Positions 50,600 through 59,188 of a DNA stretch of 64,000 nucleotides are shown one piece after another (within the stretch, counting starts at the first letter, position 1; each line of letters opens with the position of its first letter). Under the pieces are notes generated by a model. The model was given only the letters and a program-made list of their open reading frames with translations, was not told the DNA's origin and did no database searches. Origin of the DNA: Candidatus Latescibacterota bacterium (lineage in GTDB: Bacteria > Latescibacterota > UBA2968 > GCA-2709665); NCBI GenBank assembly GCA_965203805.1, contig OZ241917.1:4736001-4800000 (forward strand). Reading direction: 5' to 3'. Position numbers and translations under genes: made by a program.

Positions 50600-51634
50600 T
50601 CACCCCTGTTGCAGCCGCGCCGTCGTTTCCATCGGCTCGAGGCCGCCGTCTTTCTCCTTCGGCGCCCCGAACCGTATTGTGCCGGACCCGAGCAGGAGCA
50701 GGAGCAACCCGAGCAGCATCCAGAAGATCTTCCGGATCCGCCGGATTATGCCCACGGCCAGCCCGGTCCCCGGTTCCAGTCCCATTAAATGAAAGAGGAA
50801 CACGTGCCCGCCTTCGAAGACCCCCATGCCGTAGGGAACGAAGCCGAAGATCACGTTGATCACCATCATCAGTGAGTGGAACAGATAGACCGAAACGAAC
50901 GGCAGCGGCTCGCCCAGCACGTGTAGAATCACGTATATCTCGAGGGTGCCCAGGGCCCACGTCACCAGATGCATTCCCAGCAGGCCGGCCAGCCGCCACC
51001 CGTTCAGGCGGTAGAACGCGGCCAGATTCCGGTCGATCTCAGCGGCCCGGTCGCGGTACCGCTCCAGGAACGTGATCCTTAGCCGAAGCAGCAGGTTCAC
51101 AAGCCCGGTAAACGGATTGCGGCGCTGCCGGATCACCGTCAGAACGGCGCCAACGACGGCGATGGCCAGTGCGCCGAAGAGGGTCCACCGGATCTCATCG
51201 GGAAACACGAACCGATGAAGGCCTGCCAGAACGCCGACCATGACGAAAATGAGGCCGCTGATCATCTCGCCCGTTTTCGTGAGTACAAGCGACGACACGC
51301 CTGCGGTGACGCCCATGCGCTGCCGAAGCATCATCACTTTGGCGAATTCCTTGCCGATCTGTGACGCCGGCATGACGTTTCCGAGCGCCTCGCCAACGAG
51401 TTTCACCCAGAGTAGGGGTTTCAATGGGGGCTTTGCGATCCCGTCGTCGAAACTTCCCCGCCATGCGCAGACATTATTCACGTAGGCGGCCAGGGTGATT
51501 CCGATTATGGGGACATATCCCCATCCCATCATCACCACGTGCCGCCATACCTCCGGTTCGCCAAGCTGATGGAGCAGCACGCCGAGGCAGGCGAGGCCCA
51601 GCAGCCAGAGCAGTACATATACTTCCTGTTTCAT
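50600..51634 (-). CDS. Lysylphosphatidylglycerol-synthase TM-region (UPF0104, flippase-like) membrane protein
   Basis: About 8 hydrophobic helices; GEALGNVMPASQIGKEFAK, VPYGMGVFEGG, IIRRIR patterns. Confidence 0.82.
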   Translation of the reverse strand: MKQEVYVLLWLLGLACLGVLLHQLGEPEVWRHVVMMGWGYVPIIGITLAAYVNNVCAWRGSFDDGIAKPPLKPLLWVKLVGEALGNVMPASQIGKEFAKVMMLRQRMGVTAGVSSLVLTKTGEMISGLIFVMVGVLAGLHRFVFPDEIRWTLFGALAIAVVGAVLTVIRQRRNPFTGLVNLLLRLRITFLERYRDRAAEIDRNLAAFYRLNGWRLAGLLGMHLVTWALGTLEIYVILHVLGEPLPFVSVYLFHSLMMVINVIFGFVPYGMGVFEGGHVFLFHLMGLEPGTGLAVGIIRRIRKIFWMLLGLLLLLLGSGTIRFGAPKEKDGGLEPMETTARLQQG

Positions 51635-51659
51635 CACGCTCTCCTCAAATACGGTTTCG

Positions 51660-52307
51660 TTAGACGACAACCCTTTTGGCCGCGGTGATTACTGGAATTC
51701 CCCTGATCGCGCAGAGGGCGACGGTCAGGTAGGTCGCCGCGAGAGCGACCGTCTCGAACTCCGGTCCGAACCCGGACGCCACGTTAGACGGGTGTTGCAA
51801 CGCGTTCAGGATGAACAACGTCACGAATGCGATCACTTTCGCAACGCCGTACGCGGCCCTGCTCGCCCGTGAGGCGACCAGGGCGTGTCCGATGCGCGAC
51901 CGCATCATCGTCTGCTCTCCGAACGCGGTCTCGCCGTTCGACAGCGCGCAACTCCGAATCGCGTCCGTCACGAATCCCCGGCTGAGCACCACCAGGGGCA
52001 CCCAGAGGGGGATCAGATGCAGCCACGCGAACACCACCCACCACACGTTCTCCGCGATCCGGTCCCCCACGATGTCGAGCAATCCGCCGACCTTGCTCTC
52101 GCATCCCAGCCGCCGCGCGGCGTACCCGTCCAGCCAATCCATCAACAGCGTGGCGAACGCAAGGGGTACCGCAATCCAGGCCAGCACGGAGTCTCCCGTG
52201 ACCGCAAAGGCCGATGCCAGAAAAAGGCAGACGACCCTGAAGGCGGTAATCAGGTTGGCGACGTGACGCTGAAGGGTGGCTGCGAACGTCAATGTGTGTG
52301 CAGACAT
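51660..52307 (-). CDS. CDP-alcohol phosphatidyltransferase (PgsA-like)
   Basis: ANLITAFR and the signature DWLDGYAARRLGCESKVGGLLDIVGD; AAGGAGG RBS. Confidence 0.92.
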   Translation of the reverse strand: MSAHTLTFAATLQRHVANLITAFRVVCLFLASAFAVTGDSVLAWIAVPLAFATLLMDWLDGYAARRLGCESKVGGLLDIVGDRIAENVWWVVFAWLHLIPLWVPLVVLSRGFVTDAIRSCALSNGETAFGEQTMMRSRIGHALVASRASRAAYGVAKVIAFVTLFILNALQHPSNVASGFGPEFETVALAATYLTVALCAIRGIPVITAAKRVVV

Positions 52308-52337
52308 AACATCCTCCTTTCTTGCGGCACACATTGC

Positions 52338-52352
52338 GCAAACCCCGTGCCA
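52338..52352 (-). promoter_or_regulatory. Consensus sigma-54 promoter
   Basis: Minus strand TGGCACGGGGTTTGC, an exact TGGCACG-N4-TTGC, 30 bp upstream of the ATG. Confidence 0.88.
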
Positions 52353-52415
52353 TAACCGATTTCGCCCTTTATCAGGCGGATTCGACGGCAATTCGCACGG
52401 AAAACGTGTGACAGA

Positions 52416-52453
52416 TGCCAAAGGAAACTTGCACCTGCAAGCACGGGCTTGCA
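52416..52453. promoter_or_regulatory. Tandem upstream activator sites
   Basis: TGCCAAAGGAAACTTGCA and the palindrome TGCAAGC-ACGG-GCTTGCA, 20 bp apart and 65-100 bp upstream of the -24 box. Confidence 0.65.
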
Positions 52454-52474
52454 GGAATCCGGAGTGGACGGAAT

Positions 52475-52508
52475 AAAAAAAAACCGGCGACACAATGTGT
52501 GTCTCCGG
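52475..52508 (-). terminator. Intrinsic terminator after the response regulator
   Basis: Stem CCGGCGACACA/TGTGTCTCCGG followed by a 9-nt U tract on the minus strand. Confidence 0.7.
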
Positions 52509-52593
52509 ACTCAAGGGGGGGAAGGGGTCCCCGCTGGCGTCACCCGATGCGGTTATGGCCGTTTGCTTTTGGCTGACGGCTGAAGGCTGACAG

Positions 52594-53991
52594 CTATCTG
52601 TATATCTTCGGATCGATCCCGAGTTCCCTGACTTTCTGCTGCAGCGCCTGCCGTTTCATGCCAATGGCGGGGGCCGTGCGGCTCATATTGCCGTTGTGGC
52701 GTTCCAGCGCCGATCGAATGAAGGCGGCTTCAAAAGCCTGAACGACCTCCTGTTTTGTATCCTGAAACGACACTCCGTCCCGCCAGTTCGGTGCTCTTGA
52801 GGCGACGGATTCCGTACCGACCGAACGGACTTCCTCCGGAAGCAGGTCCCTGCTCAGGACCGTGTCCTCCGCGAAGATGACGGCACGCTCGACGGCGTGC
52901 ATCAACTCGCGAATATTGCCCGGCCATCCGTAGCCCGCCAGGAGTTTCGTCACATCGGCCGGCACTTCCGAAACAGCCTTTTCGTGCCTTCGATTGAATC
53001 GATCCAGATAATACTGTACAAGCAGGGGAATATCCTCACGGCGGTCACGAAGCGGCGGCAGGAAGACATCCACCACTTTCAACCGGTAATAGAGGTCCTC
53101 CCGGAACCGTCCACGCGCAATTTCACTCGGAAGGTCACGGTTCGTGGCGCTGATCATCCGAACGTCCACCGAAACCGTCTCCGAGCCGCCCAACCGCTCG
53201 AATTGCTGCTCCTGGAGTACGCGCAGCAGTTTCGCCTGGGTCTCGGCGTGCATGTCTCCAATCTCGTCCAGAAACAGGGTACCACTGTCCGCGAGTTCGA
53301 ACTTGCCCTGCCGCCTTGACGCGGCTCCCGTAAAGGCGCCCTTCTCATGGCCGAACAGTTCGCTTTCGATCAACTCGTTGGGAAGCGCCGCGGCGTTCAC
53401 CGCGACGAAAGGGTGTTCTTTTCGTACGCTCTGCTCGTGAATTGCCCGCGCCACGAGCTCCTTGCCGGTTCCGCTCTCACCGTGAACCAGCACGGCTGCG
53501 TCGGTTCCGGCCACCTTGCCAATCATGTCGCAGACCCGCTCCATGGTCCGGCTCCGGCCGATTAACAACCCGAATCCGGATTGCCGGCGAATCTCGTTGC
53601 GCAAGGACTCGTTCTCCCTCCGCAGCCGCACCGTTTCCAGGGCATTCTGGACCAGGCAGCGCAGTTCGTCCACGTCGTACGGCTTGCTCACGTAGTCGTA
53701 CGCCCCCGCCTTCATCGCCTCAACCGCAATCCTCTCCGAGCCGAAAGCGGTCATCATGATGACAGGAGGGGCGTCACCTTGTTCCCCCAGCAGCCTCACC
53801 AGCGTCAAGCCGTCCATTCTGGGCATCTGGATATCACAGATCAACAGATCGGGAACGCTGCGTGCGATCTCGTCCAGCGCCGCCTCTCCGTCGGCCGCTT
53901 CCACAATCTCGCCGGACAGCGCCGCCAGCGCCCGCTTCAGCCCATGCCGCGCGGCGGGATCGTCGTCTACAACCAGAATCTTATGCCGCAT
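52594..53991 (-). CDS. NtrC-family sigma-54 response regulator
   Basis: LVVDDD/CDIQMP receiver, [23 protein letters not shown]-terminal HTH. Confidence 0.95.
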   Translation of the reverse strand: MRHKILVVDDDPAARHGLKRALAALSGEIVEAADGEAALDEIARSVPDLLICDIQMPRMDGLTLVRLLGEQGDAPPVIMMTAFGSERIAVEAMKAGAYDYVSKPYDVDELRCLVQNALETVRLRRENESLRNEIRRQSGFGLLIGRSRTMERVCDMIGKVAGTDAAVLVHGESGTGKELVARAIHEQSVRKEHPFVAVNAAALPNELIESELFGHEKGAFTGAASRRQGKFELADSGTLFLDEIGDMHAETQAKLLRVLQEQQFERLGGSETVSVDVRMISATNRDLPSEIARGRFREDLYYRLKVVDVFLPPLRDRREDIPLLVQYYLDRFNRRHEKAVSEVPADVTKLLAGYGWPGNIRELMHAVERAVIFAEDTVLSRDLLPEEVRSVGTESVASRAPNWRDGVSFQDTKQEVVQAFEAAFIRSALERHNGNMSRTAPAIGMKRQALQQKVRELGIDPKIYR

Positions 53992-56104
53992 GGTCCCCTC
54001 CTGGAAGTTGCACTTCGAACACGACCCCTTCCGGGGTCTCGTTCGAAACCGCGATCGATCCGCCCATGCGCTCCACGTCCCGCTTTACAATGGCAAGTCC
54101 CAACCCGGTTCCCGAAGCCTTGGTCGTAAAGAACGGTTCGAAAACGTGCGGGAGGGCCTCCTCCGATATCCCCGGCCCGGTATCCGAAACCCGCACCGCC
54201 ACGCCCCCGCCCGAGGGTCCTGCCCGTACGGACAGACGCCGCTTTGCCGTCCGCTCCGCTTCTTCCATCGCCTGGATGCCGTTCAATATGAGGTTGAAGA
54301 ACACTTCCTTCAGGTCTTCGGGGTCCCCCTTGACGACCAGGCCCTCGCCAACTTCCGTCCGGATATCCACTTGTCGTCGTTCCGCCTCGTGCGACAGGAT
54401 CAACACCACGTCGTCCAGCACGGCCTTCATATCAACCGGATGAAAGGCATCGCACTGTTTCGGCTGCGCAAATCTGAGGAGCCGGTCCACCACGCGGCCC
54501 AAACGGTCGATTTCATTCAACACGACCGTCAGGTCGCCGGACTTCGCCGCGTCGTCTGCCAGTTCTTCCCGCAGCACGGTGGTAATCGCCTTGATGGAAC
54601 TCAACGGATTCTTGACCTCGTGCGCGATGCTGGCCGATAGCAGGCCCAGGGCCGAAAGCCGCTCCGCTTCGAACATGCGACGCTCCATCTGCATCCGGCG
54701 TTCCACCAGGCGCGTGTTCTCCACGGCCAGCGCAATCTGATTGCAGAGCGTACCGAGCAGGTCCCATTCCTCTGAAGAGTAGGGCACGCTTCGTTTTTTC
54801 TCTCCGAGGCACAGAAACCCGGTAAGCTTTTCCTCCTGCAACACCGGTATGCACAACCGGACGCTCTGTTCCGCCAGGACCCCTGCAAGACCCGGACGAT
54901 GCAATTCCCCCACGTCCAGTGCCCGCCGGTGGGTCAGCATCCAATCGGCCACCAGCCGGACCCGATCCTGACTCCGACCATTCCCGCTGAAGGGCGCGGC
55001 CGGTGGATCGAATCCCGGCAATCCACTGCCCGAGATCACCCGTACGTCATCCGCGCGGTCGTCCTCGTTTTCGAGCAGGACCAGCGAGACGAGGTGTACC
55101 TTGAGCACCGTTCCAACGGCGTCCACAACGGCTTTCAACCGGCTTTCCAGCGCGTCCGGCACGTTCAGCGTCTGGCTCAGCGTACCGAGCAGGTGCTGAT
55201 ATTCGAATCGCGCTTTGAAGAACAGTCGATTGATCGCGCCCTGCAGCTTATTCTTGACCGGTTGGAAGAGAAAGATCAACAGGGAGATCAGCACAGCCTC
55301 AACGACTTCCACCCGGAAGCCGCCGCCCAGGCGTCCGAGCTCTTCGGCGACGCGACGGATCACGAGCAGATAGACCGTGAGGACGATCCCCGTCAGCGCG
55401 GAATAGAGCAGCGCGGGATTCACCACGATCCTGAAAAAGCTGTATCGATAAATATAGTAACCGAGAATGTAGGCCGGCGCGATGGGTGAAAGAAACAGCG
55501 CGAGGTCCAGGGCCGGTCCGACAACTGCCAGTCTGATTCCCCCCATCGGATACGCGGCGCCGGCCAGAACCGCGATTCCGGTCAGCGCGAGCGCCGTCAG
55601 CCGGTAGAACGACCGTTGCACCTCCGTTGCCAACTGCGCGGCGAACTCCCGGCACAGCCACGCCGAATACAGAAGCGCCGGAATGGCGTACAGGCTGAAG
55701 CCAACGCGCTTCAGCGGTATGTCCCACAGACCTGTAAGGAATACGATCAGCCCGGGAACCACCGCGAACGGAACCGGATTGCGGCGCAGCCACCCGGCGA
55801 TTCGCGTGGTTTGTTCATCCGCCGAAATCAGCACCGTGGCCAGCAGCGCGGAAGGCAGAAAGCACATCCCGAATCGCGCGACCTGGGCCGCGTAGACCGC
55901 CGCGCGAGCGCCTGGGGACGCCTGTTCGATCAGAATCCGCAGCGCGTCTCCCGTATACCAGAACGCCCCTGCCAGAATCAGCAGCAGCAACGGAAGCGGC
56001 GTGCCCCTGCGCTTTATCGCGGAAACGAAAATGCCCCAGAGCAGCCCGGCGGCGACCGCGCCGCCGACCAGCCAGATCGTGTCATATAGTGAGAGGTCCA
56101 TCAT
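53981..56104 (-). CDS. Membrane sensor histidine kinase (multi-TM, GAF, HisKA, HATPase; PrsK-like architecture)
   Basis: About 9 N-terminal TM helices, GAF (LCIPV..EEKLTGFLCLG), AHEVKNPL, NGIQA, DTGPG, GTGLGL. Confidence 0.93.
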   Translation of the reverse strand: MMDLSLYDTIWLVGGAVAAGLLWGIFVSAIKRRGTPLPLLLLILAGAFWYTGDALRILIEQASPGARAAVYAAQVARFGMCFLPSALLATVLISADEQTTRIAGWLRRNPVPFAVVPGLIVFLTGLWDIPLKRVGFSLYAIPALLYSAWLCREFAAQLATEVQRSFYRLTALALTGIAVLAGAAYPMGGIRLAVVGPALDLALFLSPIAPAYILGYYIYRYSFFRIVVNPALLYSALTGIVLTVYLLVIRRVAEELGRLGGGFRVEVVEAVLISLLIFLFQPVKNKLQGAINRLFFKARFEYQHLLGTLSQTLNVPDALESRLKAVVDAVGTVLKVHLVSLVLLENEDDRADDVRVISGSGLPGFDPPAAPFSGNGRSQDRVRLVADWMLTHRRALDVGELHRPGLAGVLAEQSVRLCIPVLQEEKLTGFLCLGEKKRSVPYSSEEWDLLGTLCNQIALAVENTRLVERRMQMERRMFEAERLSALGLLSASIAHEVKNPLSSIKAITTVLREELADDAAKSGDLTVVLNEIDRLGRVVDRLLRFAQPKQCDAFHPVDMKAVLDDVVLILSHEAERRQVDIRTEVGEGLVVKGDPEDLKEVFFNLILNGIQAMEEAERTAKRRLSVRAGPSGGGVAVRVSDTGPGISEEALPHVFEPFFTTKASGTGLGLAIVKRDVERMGGSIAVSNETPEGVVFEVQLPGGDHAA

Positions 56105-56175
56105 ATCGGACAAAGTGCCTATAGATGACCGGCAAGCGACGTTTGCCTTTTCTCCCCCTCTCCTCGAAGAGCGGG

Positions 56176-56302
56176 GAGACGTGAGCCGGTAGACGGGAGA
56201 AGACGTCCGTGCCTGGTCGGTTCTTGCTTTATGCCTCCGCCAAGAAATGAAACCACACCGGGCAGACAATATCTCACGTCTCACGTCTACCCTCTCACCG
56301 CT
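56176..56302. repeat. Heptamer-flanked element, same orientation as the copy at 1190
   Basis: GAAGACGTCCGTGCCTGGTCGGTTCTTGCTTTATGCCTCCGCCAAGAAATGAAACC...ATCTCACGTCTCACGTCTACCC. Confidence 0.78.
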
Positions 56303-56498
56303 CTTGAGGGGCCGGGGGAGAGGTCTGCGCAGGCACCACCTGATTCTGTCTTGCTTGTAGCTGGCGACTGACGGCTATCGGCTGGTCTTCAGGTGTGGAA
56401 ATTAGCCAAAATCCGCGGTGATATCAACTCAAACCGCCGACAGTTCCAGCCGGGAGTGCCCCCGAAAGACATCCCCCGATCCGCTGGAACTCAAAGCG

Positions 56499-57332
56499 TC
56501 AACTCCCCGTGGACCGATAGTGACGCACGCCTGGATTCCAGACGCGGAGGGCGATGTACAGGAATGCCGGACCCGCCAGCGGGGACAGGAACTGCATCCA
56601 TTCGGAGGAGCCGAGCGGATCCGGACGGTCCAGGATCGCCAGGGCGGGGAAGTACGTGATACCGGCCAGAGGGACGACGTAGGTGAAGAAACGGCGGAAC
56701 CACAGGGGGTAGATCACCAGGGGGTATTGGGCCGTTTCGGTCCCGCCGTTGGTGAGCGCATTGGCGATTTCCAGGCCGATGGTGGGTTCGTCCAGGAAGA
56801 GGAGGGGGGGAGAGTGGAGTAGCGCCGCGGCCAGATCGCAGCGCATTCTCTGGCCCAGGGAGAGTTGCCGCACCGGGGTGTCCAGGAGCCGGTCAAGGTC
56901 CAGCAGGCCGATCAGTTCATCGCGACTTGAGATGTATTCCGTGCCGGGGATTCTGTAAATGTCGCGGAGCAGATCGAATGATTCGATGACGGGCAGATCC
57001 CACCAGAGTTGCGTGCGTTGTCCGAAGACGACGCCAATGTCCCGTACGTGTGAAATGCGCTCCTTCCAGGGGACGCGACCCGCGATTTCGCAGCGGCCCG
57101 AATCGGGAACGAGGATGCCGGAGAGGACCTTGACAGTGGTGGATTTGCCCGCGCCATTGGGGCCGATGTAACCGACGAGTTCTCCCGGTTGGATGCAGAA
57201 CGAGACGCCGTCCAGTGCGCTGACGGTGCGGTGTCGTCGTTGAATCACGCCTTTGAGCGCACCCCACGTACCGGACTCGCGTTCAGCGATGTGGAAGGTT
57301 TTCACAATATTCGCTACGACTATGTGGGGCAT
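56499..57332 (-). pseudogene. ABC ATPase fused in frame to the end of an ABC-2 permease (deletion product)
   Basis: GPNGAGKST, LSLGQ and LFLDEPTIGL, then an abrupt switch to EIANALTNGG..AQYPLVIYPLWFRRFFTYVVP...RHYRSTGS. The H-loop and ATPase C-terminus are missing. Confidence 0.8.
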
Positions 57333-57381
57333 TTCGGGTCTCCTTCTCGGGTGACGGGCTGCCCAGCTTTAGAGAAAAACA

Positions 57382-57418
57382 AAAAGCCCGTTGTCGAGAT
57401 AACCTCGACAACGGGCTG
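57382..57418 (-). terminator. Intrinsic terminator in the leader of the ABC gene
   Basis: Perfect 14-bp stem AGCCCGTTGTCGAG/CTCGACAACGGGCT with a U tract on the minus strand, about 50 bp before the ATG. Confidence 0.85.
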
Positions 57419-57592
57419 TAGCCGGCAACCGGGCCTGGCCTGCGAAAGGCCGCCTTATGATTAGCCTCCGGGGCACTCGGGTTTTTCCCGGAAGGCGCGG
57501 GTTTGCAATTTCATATTGTTTATTTTCAAGGACTTATATGTAAATTCCTGTTTGTAAGCCGCATATATAGACCTCGGTCCGGAAGAGAAGAA

Positions 57593-57621
57593 AATATAAT
57601 ACAACGAGAAGTCTGGGTCAA
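57593..57621 (-). promoter_or_regulatory. Sigma-70 promoter of the ABC leader
   Basis: TTGACC-N17-TATATT on the minus strand. Confidence 0.65.
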
Positions 57622-57926
57622 GAAACTTCATCACCGAAACGTCGGCACAGCTTTCCCGTCCCGGTTGTTCGTGAGCCATCCTGAGGCCCGGGCGAAGACA
57701 CGTCGAGACCGCGGAAATCCGATGCCCTGACACGGCCTCACACAACCGGTATTCGGTCTAAATACCGATAAAGAAATCACTTGCGCGTATGATTCAGTCA
57801 AATTATAATTGTTCGCAAATCAGATTGATAGACACCGCTGAAGGCGGGACTGAGCCGTTGCCATTTCCCCCGTCTCCGGTCCTGACGAAAAGACGAACGG
57901 CAACGGAAGCCCGTCGTTGATATGGA

Positions 57927-58940
57927 ATGACAATGAACTACCACGCGTACATCACCGTATCCAGCGAAGACAGGATTCTGAAATACCGGATGGATCCGGA
58001 CACGGGCGATCTCGCTTTCGAGCACAGTATCCATGCCGGGGGCGGGCCGGGCCCGCTTGCGGTCGACCCTCGTCAGGAATGCCTCTATCTCAGCAGGCGA
58101 GGCGCGCGCGAGATTTCCGCCTACGCCATCGATTCCGCCACGGGTGACATCGCCTTACTGGGTTCGGTCTCCGTGGACGCCGACGCCTGTTACGTGAGCA
58201 CGGATCGAAACGGAAGATTCCTTCTCTCCGCTTCGTACGGCGGAGGGGTGGCGGCCGTCCACGCGATTCGGGGGGACGGGACGTTGAGCGATTCGCCGGT
58301 CCAGACCATCAAGACCCTGCCGAAAGCCCACTTTATCCTGACGGATCCTTCGAATCGCCTCGCGTATCTGCCCCACGTGGGAGAATCCAACACCATCATC
58401 GGATTTCGTTTCAATGAAGACGCCGGAACGCTCCGTGAGGTCTCGCGGACCTCTCACGAACCCGACGTCGGTCCTCGTCACCTGGTCTTCCATCCCAGGC
58501 TGGATATGGTATATGTCTCCAATGAGCAGGGCAGCAGCGTGACCGCCTATATGTGCGACACCGTTTCCGGCGTTCTGGATCCCGCGCAGACGCTTTCCAC
58601 GCTGCCTGACGGCTTCAAGGGCGAAAACACGTGCGCGCAGATCCATATCCATCCCTCGGGCAGGTTCCTTTATGTTTCCAACCGGGGTCACGACAGTATT
58701 GCGTGTTTTGCGATCGACCGGGCGGGCGGCCTCGCCGCTAACGGTATTCAAGGCACGGAACCCGTCCCCAGGGCGTTCGGGATCGACCCGACGGGTTGTT
58801 TTCTTTACGCCGGCGGCCAGGAATCCGGCAAGCTGGCCTCATACCGGATTGACTCGCAGACCGGCCGGTTGTGTCCCCTGAAGACATACGCCGTCGGCGA
58901 ACAGTCCATGTGGGTCCTGATCCTGGCGATTCCCGGCTGA
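57927..58940 (+). CDS. 6-phosphogluconolactonase-family beta-propeller lactonase
   Basis: GPRHLVFHP, YVSNE, QTLSTLP, GRFLYVSNRGHDSIA, PRAFGIDP. Confidence 0.92.
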   Translation: MTMNYHAYITVSSEDRILKYRMDPDTGDLAFEHSIHAGGGPGPLAVDPRQECLYLSRRGAREISAYAIDSATGDIALLGSVSVDADACYVSTDRNGRFLLSASYGGGVAAVHAIRGDGTLSDSPVQTIKTLPKAHFILTDPSNRLAYLPHVGESNTIIGFRFNEDAGTLREVSRTSHEPDVGPRHLVFHPRLDMVYVSNEQGSSVTAYMCDTVSGVLDPAQTLSTLPDGFKGENTCAQIHIHPSGRFLYVSNRGHDSIACFAIDRAGGLAANGIQGTEPVPRAFGIDPTGCFLYAGGQESGKLASYRIDSQTGRLCPLKTYAVGEQSMWVLILAIPG

Positions 58941-59129
58941 TCGTCGAAGGATTCGACATTTGACCGATCCGGAGTTTCCCGTCGGTTCGTATTCCAAGGC
59001 GCGGACGATCCAGACAACAACTGTTGCAATTCACGGCGCCCATTGCGACAGAAGGCGGCCATCCCTTGCATGAGAACCCAATAACGGCCCTAAATGCCTT
59101 ATTTCCCGTGAATAATAACAATAATCCTA

Positions 59130-59159
59130 TTGACAAACCCGAAGTTGTACCGTTATATA
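59130..59159 (+). promoter_or_regulatory. Sigma-70 promoter of the cell-wall gene cluster
   Basis: TTGACA followed 17-18 bp later by TTATAT/TATATA in an AT-rich spacer. Confidence 0.6.
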
Positions 59160-59188
59160 TAGTATAGTACATTATACGAGATAACAAG

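Noticed and set aside
52570-52594. TGACGGC/TGAAGGC/TGACAGC heptamers as a regulator binding site
   Set aside because: Similar short heptamer runs occur elsewhere (e.g. near 56360) and appear to be generic low-complexity repeats.
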